DNA of 31,884 nucleotides from a virus (Duplodnaviria; Heunggongvirae; Uroviricota; Caudoviricetes): IMG/VR virus record IMGVR_UViG_2541047931_000002, positions 1 to 31,884 of that record; one strand, 5' to 3'. Shown piece by piece: positions 20,116 to 27,032 of this stretch (position 1 is its first letter; each line of letters starts with the position of its first letter). The notes under the pieces were generated by a model. It saw only the letters and a program-made list of their open reading frames with translations, ran no database searches and was not told where the DNA came from. The position numbers and the translations under genes were made by a program.

Positions 20116-20466
20116 TTAAGGTTGTGATTCCGGTGGAGTCTTCAGAGAACCAGTAATTCTTCCCGGTAGCTTTCCTTTGTAGGTTATCAACACATCCTGC
20201 GCCTCTAAAATTACGGGGCGCTTTTCCGGCAACGGACCATCCCCTTCACATAACCCGGCAGCAACATCCAGGAAGACCTGTCTGATGCTCATTCTGGCTG
20301 CTGCCTCATAAAACTCCAGCGCGGCACCTTCAACACGGTCCAGCGAGATGTCCAGGTCAAAAATTTCACCGTCAAAGCGTTTTTTGTCCCGTAACGCTAA
20401 AGTTACCGTAACTTTATTCTCAAAATTGCGGATCCCTTTCACAATCAGTTCATAGTTTTGAGTCAT
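20116..20466 (-). CDS. Hypothetical protein (116 aa) inserted between holin and endolysin
   Basis: ATG 20466 lies 5 nt after the holin stop, with GGAGAG RBS inside the holin 3' end; no transmembrane segment; no family recognised. Confidence 0.55.
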   Translation of the reverse strand: MTQNYELIVKGIRNFENKVTVTLALRDKKRFDGEIFDLDISLDRVEGAALEFYEAAARMSIRQVFLDVAAGLCEGDGPLPEKRPVILEAQDVLITYKGKLPGRITGSLKTPPESQP

Positions 20467-20470
20467 TGAA

Positions 20471-20686
20471 TTACTCTCCCCGTGCCGCCTTACGACGGTC
20501 CTCTCTGATTTTGAAATACAGGTTAGTCAGATATGTCAGCAGCCCAAACAGCAGACTCCCCAGCACGCCTATTGCCGCCCACTGAGACGGGGAAACCCTG
20601 TCCAGCAACTGCAGGAACCAGTAGCCCGTTCCCACCGCTGACGTGGTGTATGACACACCTGTTGTGATTTTTTCCATCTGGTCCAT
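20471..20686 (-). CDS. S: Class II holin (S21-type pinholin) with dual-start motif
   Basis: Frame of ORF 20471..20791; start placed at ATG 20686 giving 71 aa [71 protein letters not shown]; two TM segments; Met1/Met4 dual start; GGAG RBS. Confidence 0.85.
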   Translation of the reverse strand: MDQMEKITTGVSYTTSAVGTGYWFLQLLDRVSPSQWAAIGVLGSLLFGLLTYLTNLYFKIREDRRKAARGE

Positions 20687-20835
20687 ACCCCGTCTCCCGT
20701 TATCCGGAAGCTGACAACAATAAAAAAGCCACCAGTTAACTACTGATGGCTCTGATAACTCATGCAAGCGTCTCAGACGATCCACTGACACTACCGGTGA
20801 GTTTAACGATACCTTCCATTTGACTGGCTCACTTT

Positions 20836-20997
20836 TTATGATGATGCCGGTGTATTTATCTCCAGCACCAGACTTTCTATCTCAACGCCATACGTTGCAT
20901 TTTTGGTAATATCCGTCAGCGTCAGTGCATTTAGTCCCACTGCCAGACCGTCTTTTATGGCCTGGAATGCCGGGCCAGTACGATGACGTAGTATCAC
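20836..20997 (-). CDS. Possible small protein (about 53 aa) between the DUF1737-like gene and the holin
   Basis: Hand-translated unlisted ORF (V)[55 protein letters not shown] overlaps the upstream stop; no clear RBS; low support. Confidence 0.2.
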   Translation of the reverse strand: MILRHRTGPAFQAIKDGLAVGLNALTLTDITKNATYGVEIESLVLEINTPASS

Positions 20998-21182
20998 TCC
21001 GGCTCAGTTGCACCACTGACCACCACATCACCTTCTGCTGCAATCGCCTGCATCAGGGTATAAGGGGTTATGGCCACCGGACTACCAAACGGCTGCCAGC
21101 CCTCTTTCAGTTTATGTGTCAGCTTTTCCGCAAGATCTGACGGCGCCGCCGCCCTGACAACATCATAGTGTTTAAATGCCAT
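20994..21182 (-). CDS. Small conserved phage protein (DUF1737-like) upstream of holin
   Basis: Frame of ORF 20994..21197; likely start at second ATG 21182 ([62 protein letters not shown]) with GGAAAG RBS; family name from memory. Confidence 0.5.
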   Translation of the reverse strand: MAFKHYDVVRAAAPSDLAEKLTHKLKEGWQPFGSPVAITPYTLMQAIAAEGDVVVSGATEPE

Positions 21183-21375
21183 GGTTCTTTCCACCATCTG
21201 AAAAATAATTCTTTAAAATACCTGACATGTAATACAGAAAAAACACAAAACCATACCTTAAATAAAAACTTGATTATCAAGCAGATATGCATGGATAAAC
21301 TACAAGACGAGATATAAACCACCCTGCATTTAAATAAACAATAAACAACATCAGAAAAATAATTCTGCTCTATGG

Positions 21376-21404
21376 TTTACATTCAAAAATATCATTTATA
21401 CTTT
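21376..21404 (+). promoter_or_regulatory. Sigma70-like promoter for the plus-strand cargo gene
   Basis: TTTACA (21376-21381), then TATACT/TACTTT around 21397-21404, about 40 nt upstream of ATG 21443, in a very AT-rich stretch. Confidence 0.35.
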
Positions 21405-21442
21405 TCAGAACATCACCAGCAAGGCATAAACAAGGAAACTAA

Positions 21443-21778
21443 ATGAAGTGGATTGTGATTGATACAGTTATCCAGCCATCATGCGGAATATCTTTTTCAG
21501 TCATATGGAGTAAAGTAAAATTAATAATCTGGTATCAATCGGATGCTTTCTTACCTCCTGAAAGTATATTTACACTGACTCACACAGGTATCATGCTCAA
21601 TAACAAAGTGCTACCTGTAACCATTTACAACGTAGTACCATTCAATAAACCATTCTGGAATTTAATCAAAAACAGCCAGGAATGCCCTACAAATACAGAT
21701 AACGTATTGAATGAATGCTTTAATAACCGTTGCATTCTGCAAATATGTCCTTATGGATTAAAACAACAAAGTCCATAA
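21443..21778 (+). CDS. Hypothetical protein (111 aa), AT-rich cargo gene transcribed against the late operon
   Basis: ATG with AAGGAAA RBS 6 nt upstream; own promoter-like sequence; Cys- and Asn-rich product; GC hairpin CAGCCCCTC/GAGGGGCTG at about 21814-21837 after the stop. Confidence 0.45.
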   Translation: MKWIVIDTVIQPSCGISFSVIWSKVKLIIWYQSDAFLPPESIFTLTHTGIMLNNKVLPVTIYNVVPFNKPFWNLIKNSQECPTNTDNVLNECFNNRCILQICPYGLKQQSP

Positions 21779-22225
21779 GGAGTTTACTCACATCTGACAA
21801 AATCAATATAAACAGCCCCTCCGGAGAGGGGCTGGAGAGTGGCGCTATGTGCCATTGCATGGTGCCGGGTGCCTCCCGGTGAATTCAGTACCAGCACCTG
21901 AATCCGCGATTATCCCATATACCTACTCGCTGATTGCCCCTCCGCACAGGGGGATTCACCATGCCAGTTTCTTTTAACAAACTCCCCGCAAACCAGACAA
22001 CAGTCAACCGCCTGAATTGTGAAGTATTTAAAAATTTCTCCCGCTAACTGATACCCGGCTAACAGTCTGGCGTTTTCTTTTTCAGCAACGGGAAAGCAAC
22101 AACCACCACACCCGCCACCAGCACACCGTCAGCCAGCACTGACATTATCCGGCTGCTGCAATGCCACTCACAAAAACAGTAAGCAATCACTTTTTACCGT
22201 AACAAGTGATAATCCAGATATGTAT

Positions 22226-22579
22226 CTACCCCAGATGAGTAATCCGAAGTTCATCCATACCACAGGTACTGGCTATTCTGTTGTACTCCTGAACAAGAGC
22301 AAATAATTCTGAATTAGCAACCATGAACTCATCGCAAACCCTCTGTATAGCATCACTATTCAGAATAATAACGTCTCTTCCCGAAAGACGATCAGGAGTA
22401 CAGAACAAAACTGTCAAACGGCTGAAGGCCTTTGCTCGTCCTGCATTGACTATATCAATACGCTGCCTAAGGATGAAACACCCCGACGCCTCATCAATAT
22501 TCACTCTACCCACACCATATGAATGATAAATATTTAATGCTGAAAAAACCATTAGACCGTATAACAAACACTCAATCAA
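22226..22579 (-). CDS. Hypothetical protein (117 aa) immediately downstream of the tRNA genes
   Basis: Listed ORF begins with TTG and no convincing RBS was found; occupies the first protein-coding position after the tRNAs on the late transcript (where stxA sits in Stx phages) but has no resemblance to Stx as far as can be judged. Confidence 0.3.
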   Translation of the reverse strand: MIECLLYGLMVFSALNIYHSYGVGRVNIDEASGCFILRQRIDIVNAGRAKAFSRLTVLFCTPDRLSGRDVIILNSDAIQRVCDEFMVANSELFALVQEYNRIASTCGMDELRITHLG

Positions 22580-22692
22580 TACTTAACAGAACTTTTATTT
22601 TTGACAAACATAAAATATTTTCAACAATATCCTGAGCCAGGTATATTTCAGTATAAGGCTCTGCCGGAAGGAATCTGGAAGAATGAATATAG

Positions 22693-22766
22693 CGCGCTGT
22701 ACTGGATTCGAACCAGTGACCGATTGCTTAGAAGGCAATTGCTCTGTCCGGCTGAGCTAACAACGC
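22693..22766 (-). tRNA. tRNA-Arg (anticodon UCU)
   Basis: Cloverleaf read on minus strand: acceptor GCGTTGT/ACAGCGC, D-arm GCTC/GAGC, anticodon stem ATTGC/GCAAT with loop CTTCTAA, T-arm ACTGG-TTCGAAT-CCAGT; CCA not encoded. Confidence 0.8.
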
Positions 22767-22866
22767 TGAATACCGATAATGGACCGCCATCGGGGACCCG
22801 CCCCCGCACCAACAACCCTGTTATCGTGTCGTCTGCTCTTCCTGATAAGCTAATGGCGGTTTGTGA

Positions 22867-22942
22867 TGGTGGCCCTTGCTGGATTTGAACCAGCGACCTG
22901 GCGATTATGAGTCGCTCGCTCTCACCACTGAGCTAAAGGGCC
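22867..22942 (-). tRNA. tRNA with CAU anticodon, most like tRNA-Ile2 (lysidine) of the ileX/ileY type
   Basis: Minus-strand sequence GGCCCTTTAGCTCAGTGGTGAGAGCGAGCGACTCATAATCGCCAGGTCGCTGGTTCAAATCCAGCAAGGGCCACCA; near-identical in outline to E. coli ileX; CCA encoded. Confidence 0.8.
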
Positions 22943-22979
22943 GGGAGCAGAATAATAACGGTCCGTAATTAATTCCGCA

Positions 22980-23005
22980 ATAAAAAACCCGCTCGGCGGC
23001 GGGTT
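22980..23005 (-). terminator. tR'-like intrinsic terminator downstream of PR'
   Basis: Minus-strand AACCCGC-CGCCGA-GCGGGUU followed by UUUUUUAUU, about 60 nt downstream of the PR'-like promoter and upstream of the tRNAs. Confidence 0.5.
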
Positions 23006-23052
23006 GTAGAAACTCTTCTAACGTCAGGCATAAAAAGCCCATCGTTATGACG

Positions 23053-23080
23053 AATTTACCACAGATTCCGGAAAAATCAA
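23053..23080 (-). promoter_or_regulatory. PR'-like late promoter directly after Q
   Basis: On minus strand TTGATT (-35), 16-nt spacer, TAAATT (-10), starting 6 nt after the Q stop; same -10 as lambda PR'. Confidence 0.45.
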
Positions 23081-23085
23081 CCTTG

Positions 23086-23907
23086 TTACCTAGTTACCTT
23101 TTTTAACTGCCGCTCAGCCCATGCTTCTTCAATATCAAACCGGGTCACCAGCGCATCATAGAATTTCTTAACTGTTTTTTCCCATGACGCGCGTGTTATC
23201 TGGTTTGTCACCTCGCATATAGCATTAAATGCCTCCGTTGATGGTAGTCTTTCATAGCCACGACCACCACAACGCTGGCAGTCTCTGATAACAGGCATAC
23301 CACGTTTTACCGACTCTTCACGATGAATGGCGACACCACGCCCACGGCAATCCTTACAGGCGGTGGAAACCTCACCCTTTCCGCCACACTCCGGACAGGC
23401 AACTTTTACCACCTCCCTGACTTTTTTCCATTCTTCCCAGTAAGACGGATACACACCTTTCGTACACTTTGCCCATACCGGCGGCTTACCATCCGGATAC
23501 TGGACCTTGTTTGTAAAAACTACGCTTTCAATAAATTTTTCCCCATAGCAACAAGGGCACTGCTTTTTACTCGCTGCGCTGCGGGCATAATCCTCAAAAG
23601 CGTACGAAGCCATAATGCGCATCACTACCGGTTTTATTTCTGCCGGAAGTTTTCTCAACGCCGCCACACGATCGCACCGACTGAGTGCATAATCTGCCAG
23701 TAATTCTGTTGCCCGCGCCCTGTCATTCATACTGATGCCCATTTTCCCCAGGAACGCAGAAAAACCCATCTCAGCCCGATTCTGTGTCATGCCCTGCGCG
23801 GCCATCACATCAGTGATACTCAGCGCATCTTTTGACGTTGAGGCCGATGCATCGGTCAGGCCAGGGGATTTTGGGGAGTAGTATTTCGGTAAATCTTCCA
23901 GTTTCAT
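23086..23907 (-). CDS. Late antiterminator Q-like protein (QuuQ-type) with DnaJ-like zinc-finger repeats
   Basis: 273-aa ORF located between RusA and the PR'/tR' unit; three CxxCxGxG motifs (CPECGGKG, CKDCRGRG, CQRCGGRG); function inferred from position and remembered similarity to the Qin-prophage Q-like protein. Confidence 0.6.
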   Translation of the reverse strand: MKLEDLPKYYSPKSPGLTDASASTSKDALSITDVMAAQGMTQNRAEMGFSAFLGKMGISMNDRARATELLADYALSRCDRVAALRKLPAEIKPVVMRIMASYAFEDYARSAASKKQCPCCYGEKFIESVVFTNKVQYPDGKPPVWAKCTKGVYPSYWEEWKKVREVVKVACPECGGKGEVSTACKDCRGRGVAIHREESVKRGMPVIRDCQRCGGRGYERLPSTEAFNAICEVTNQITRASWEKTVKKFYDALVTRFDIEEAWAERQLKKVTR

Positions 23908-23921
23908 TTTTTGACCTGCTC

Positions 23922-24278
23922 TTAATGCATTATGGGGTAAATCTTCACCCCCAGACGTCCACCAGATACTGGCTGACCACGAACGATATTGATTTCATCA
24001 AACTGCTCATCGTCCATTAACACTCCCGCATGCGTCAGCGCATCCAGCGGTGCTTTCAGGATATTGTCCAGGTCGCGACGACGCTTATCCGGTGGCTCTG
24101 CAATCACCTTTATCGCCAGCCTTCCGGACAGGCTTAATTTCAGCCGCTGCTGGCGAACAATAAGCGCCACAGCCCGGCGATAACGCTTTCCCTCCTCCGA
24201 GATAAAATATGTGCTGCCACGGCGTCGCCAGTAAGTGTTCACCGTCGGCGGGTAAGGTAAAACCAAATCTATGAGCAT
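23922..24278 (-). CDS. rusA: Holliday junction resolvase RusA
   Basis: 118-aa ORF with LPYPPTVNTYW and DLDN motifs characteristic of RusA. Confidence 0.85.
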   Translation of the reverse strand: MLIDLVLPYPPTVNTYWRRRGSTYFISEEGKRYRRAVALIVRQQRLKLSLSGRLAIKVIAEPPDKRRRDLDNILKAPLDALTHAGVLMDDEQFDEINIVRGQPVSGGRLGVKIYPIMH

Positions 24279-24290
24279 CAGTCACCTCTT

Positions 24291-25340
24291 TTACCCAAGC
24301 ACGCCAGTTGCAAAGGCGTGATCAAGAAAACGAAAAATTAAATCAACCTGAGAACCATGCTTTTCTTCGAACGCCAGCGGATCCGCATGAAGCTCGTTGT
24401 GATGCTCCCGACACAGCGGTAGCATGAAAATATCGTGAGATTTTGTCCCCATTCCGCCCTGACCATGACCAATCAGGTGATGGGGATCGTCGGCTGGCTT
24501 ACCACAACACGCACACGGCTGTGTCTTCACCCAGCGTGTGTATTTCTCGTTAACCCAGCGGCGACGTTTAGGTCGTTTCATGAAAGATTCCGGAGACTCA
24601 GGATCAACGGCAATGCTGACCACCGTCTTTTCCTGTGGTGGGTTCTGTTGCTGGTGGGCGTGAGGCAGCGGCGCAAGATTTTTTGTGCGCTGTTTCAGTA
24701 TGCTGGTGGCGGTCTGCTCTCCCGGTACGATGTCGCTTTCACGGTACATTGAGCGGATTTTTTCCGCACGCAACCCCAGCGAACGACGTAATACCGCTTC
24801 CGGTAGCGCGTCCGCCACCTGATTGCGGACCGCCCACCAGGATAATTCAGCCAAAGATAATTCACGCTCCTGCGTACCGCTTATTGCGTGACCGATGACG
24901 TCAATCATCCATGCTGACAGGTTTTGATGAGCAAGTTGCTCGAGTGATTCGGATGTCTGGTCACGCAGCTGGTTGTCGCAGTGCCAGCACAACACCATTG
25001 CGCCGGTACCATAACGGTGAATGACGGTTTCGCTGTGATGATAATCGCCGTGTGGCCACTGGCAGGATTTAATATGGCGCAACAGCCAGTCAGACAATGC
25101 ACCAGCACCACCAGCAGCACGAATTACCCGTGCGTTACTGAAAAACGGCAGCAATGTTTTGTCTTCCACCAGCGGCTGGCGAACGGCAGTAACGACCCCG
25201 GACGGCAGATTACGCATGCTTTTCGGTTCCGGCTCCACCAGTACCCGGGTATTGTGGAATACCGGCATGGATTCACGGCCCGGCTTAACGACCACCAGCC
25301 CGAGTTCCGGTACCAGAACAGGTCGAAGTAATACCCGCAC
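24291..25340 (-). CDS. DUF968-family protein (YdfU-like) with C-terminal His/Cys HNH-like motif
   Basis: 349-aa ORF; C-terminus ...CACCGKPADDPHHLIGHGQGGMGTKSHDIFMLPLCREHHNELH; same neighbourhood (next to Q-like gene) as ydfU in Qin. Confidence 0.65.
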   Translation of the reverse strand: MRVLLRPVLVPELGLVVVKPGRESMPVFHNTRVLVEPEPKSMRNLPSGVVTAVRQPLVEDKTLLPFFSNARVIRAAGGAGALSDWLLRHIKSCQWPHGDYHHSETVIHRYGTGAMVLCWHCDNQLRDQTSESLEQLAHQNLSAWMIDVIGHAISGTQERELSLAELSWWAVRNQVADALPEAVLRRSLGLRAEKIRSMYRESDIVPGEQTATSILKQRTKNLAPLPHAHQQQNPPQEKTVVSIAVDPESPESFMKRPKRRRWVNEKYTRWVKTQPCACCGKPADDPHHLIGHGQGGMGTKSHDIFMLPLCREHHNELHADPLAFEEKHGSQVDLIFRFLDHAFATGVLG

Positions 25341-25341
25341 G

Positions 25342-25620
25342 TTACCTCCAGATGCGTTGCTGGAATGTGCGGGACGGACGCGGTGGGCGTTCGGAGTAAG
25401 GAAGCCTGACGGAGATTATCCAGTGACGATAATCGAGGCTGAGGGCTTTCTTAATCTCGTATCCGTGTCTGCGGTAGCACTGAATTAGCCACTCGTCCTG
25501 TTCTTCAGTGCATGGGGGATGCTGGAACCAGTCAGATTTGAAAGTGCGGGAACGCCGCCCGTGCCTGCTGGCAAAGACGGCAGAATCATCAGAATTGTGT
25601 AATTTGGTATCGTGCGCCAT
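25342..25620 (-). CDS. Hypothetical protein (92 aa), possibly Rem-like
   Basis: Frame of ORF 25342..25749; start placed at ATG 25620 (MAHDTKLHNSDDSAVFASRHGRRSRTF...); translationally coupled to DUF968 gene; identity uncertain. Confidence 0.4.
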   Translation of the reverse strand: MAHDTKLHNSDDSAVFASRHGRRSRTFKSDWFQHPPCTEEQDEWLIQCYRRHGYEIKKALSLDYRHWIISVRLPYSERPPRPSRTFQQRIWR

Positions 25621-25691
25621 CGGTTGTCTCTGCTGGCGCAGCAGGTGCCAGTTGTTCAGGCTGGCGTGCGAATTGTAAACCAGAATGCTAG

Positions 25692-25719
25692 GAAAAAACA
25701 AAACCCGCCGAAGCGGGTT
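25692..25719 (-). terminator. Intrinsic terminator downstream of hok
   Basis: Minus-strand AACCCGC-UUCG-GCGGGUU followed by UUGUUUUUU. Confidence 0.5.
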
Positions 25720-25787
25720 AAGTGCGGGTGCGTTGAGGATGCCTGCCACATCAGAGGTGGCGAGGGATTTCTCCCTCGCCGGGTCTC

Positions 25788-25943
25788 TTACTCCTCAGGT
25801 TCGTAAGCTGTGAAGACAGCGACCTCCGTCTGGCCGGTTCGGATTCGTACCTCGCAGAGGTCTTTCCTCGTTACCAGTGCCGTCACTATGACGGTTAAAC
25901 AGATGACGATCAGGGCGATTAACATCGCCTTTTGCTGCTTCAT
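25788..25943 (-). CDS. hok: Hok/Gef-family type I toxin (HokD/RelF-like)
   Basis: Frame of ORF 25788..26000; start placed at ATG 25943 with AAGGAGA RBS, giving 51 aa MKQQKAMLIALIVICLTVIVTALVTRKDLCEVRIRTGQTEVAVFTAYEPEE (single TM helix plus conserved Cys). Confidence 0.85.
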   Translation of the reverse strand: MKQQKAMLIALIVICLTVIVTALVTRKDLCEVRIRTGQTEVAVFTAYEPEE

Positions 25944-26201
25944 AGCCTGCTTCTCCTTGCCTTTCGGCACGTAAGAGGCTAACCTAGATTTGCCGTTCAT
26001 AGATTGAGCCTCAGATTAATGTTAAGCGTCTTGCAGGACGCGTAATGTTAACTGGGGCTTTTCTCTATCTGCCTTTGGTGTTCATGCCTGAGACAGATAG
26101 CCTCAAGCACCCGCAGTCATTCTACTTAACTAAGATTTCCCCGCAAACCGTTTTTGTCCGGCACAGTAAATATCCAACTAAACCAATGGCGTTCGCTGTA
26201 T

Positions 26202-26381
26202 TTACCGCCAGTATTCAATGCACATGACCGCCATGAACACCCCTAAAAAAAGGGCATTTATATATCCAAATATTAATATCAAAACATCAACTTTTTCCAT
26301 ATACCTTGCTGTGAAGATGATGGGCATACATGATACGAACAACCAGAACGCAACAAACAAAAACTGCAATGCGTTTTTCAT
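26202..26381 (-). CDS. Small membrane protein (59 aa, two predicted TM helices)
   Basis: Frame of ORF 26202..26420; start placed at ATG 26381 with strong AGGAGG RBS: MKNALQFLFVAFWLFVSCMPIIFTARYMEKVDVLILIFGYINALFLGVFMAVMCIEYWR; AT-rich context. Confidence 0.5.
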   Translation of the reverse strand: MKNALQFLFVAFWLFVSCMPIIFTARYMEKVDVLILIFGYINALFLGVFMAVMCIEYWR

Positions 26382-26755
26382 TATTCCTCCTACAATCAAT
26401 GTGCAATTACATTTAAACACACCTCAATTTGGCCGGACATATAAATATCTAAACCAGAAAAAATCACTTACATAGCGTTACAAACTCTTTAGTCTAAATA
26501 TTCATCGTAAAACATTCCCCATACTTATCAGCCCGTTCTGCGCCAGGTAGCTCATTGCCTTATCTGGGAATCTGTAATCAGGTTTCCGGATGCTGGTGGA
26601 TTTTCGCGTTTTAGTTGTTCATAAAAGTGCACAGCTTTAACCAGTTCTTCTGATGTAACCGGGACTGGCGGGGCAGTGAATAAGGCCTGAATTTCATAGT
26701 TCGGCCTATCGTTACAATCCTCTTTTTTCGGTACATATTTCCAGTCACCAGACCA

Positions 26756-26992
26756 CTACTTCCCCTGAAAGTCCGTAACGCCTTTTTTCACGTAGCGATA
26801 TCGCCATGCCACTGGTTTTGCTTGCCCCGCCGTTTCATACCCTTCCTGATAATTAATCTCGCTCATCAGATATCTTGTTGCCCCAGTTTTAGTTTCCAGT
26901 TGTCGTAACGTCTCGCGCCCACTCTGGCGTACGAGTTCAACAACCTGTCCTTTAATTTTTTCCCGCTCTTCTTGTGTAAAAACTTTTGCCAC
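26756..26992 (-). CDS. Hypothetical protein (78 aa) ending at an in-frame TAG followed by a further open frame
   Basis: GTG start with AGGAGGG RBS; MAKVFTQEEREKIKGQVVELVRQSGRETLRQLETKTG...; frame stays open for 67 more codons past the TAG (to about 26552). Confidence 0.5.
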   Translation of the reverse strand: MAKVFTQEEREKIKGQVVELVRQSGRETLRQLETKTGATRYLMSEINYQEGYETAGQAKPVAWRYRYVKKGVTDFQGK

Positions 26993-27032
26993 AAGCCCTC
27001 CTGAAAATTACCTCATGACCAGAAATTAACAC

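Noticed and set aside
5086-20791. N-terminally extended starts reported by the ORF track for K (5086), M (6133), V (10810), connector (12450), Rz (19537) and holin (20791)
   Set aside because: The listed first codons are TTG or GTG without an RBS and would overlap the upstream gene; internal ATG (or GTG for Rz) starts with Shine-Dalgarno sequences and homologous N-termini were used instead.
20800-22700. Shiga toxin or other AB5 toxin genes at the Q-tRNA-lysis locus
   Set aside because: Looked for because the flanking architecture is Stx-phage-like, but no ORF in any frame resembles StxA (about 319 aa) or StxB (about 89 aa, signal peptide); the locus carries unrelated AT-rich ORFs.
22767-22866. 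Possible third tRNA between the Arg and Ile tRNA genes (Stx phages carry three)
   Set aside because: No T-arm (GTTCGAATC-like) or acceptor-stem pairing could be found in the 100-bp spacer; at most a degraded remnant.
22601-22888. 95-aa plus-strand ORF with TTG start
   Set aside because: It runs antisense straight through both tRNA genes; tRNA structure explains the sequence.
24435-25331. Plus-strand ORFs inside the DUF968 gene (24435..24752, 24635..24898, 24981..25331) and the minus ORF 24905..25120
   Set aside because: Overlap the continuous 349-aa DUF968 frame in other frames or antisense; no independent support.
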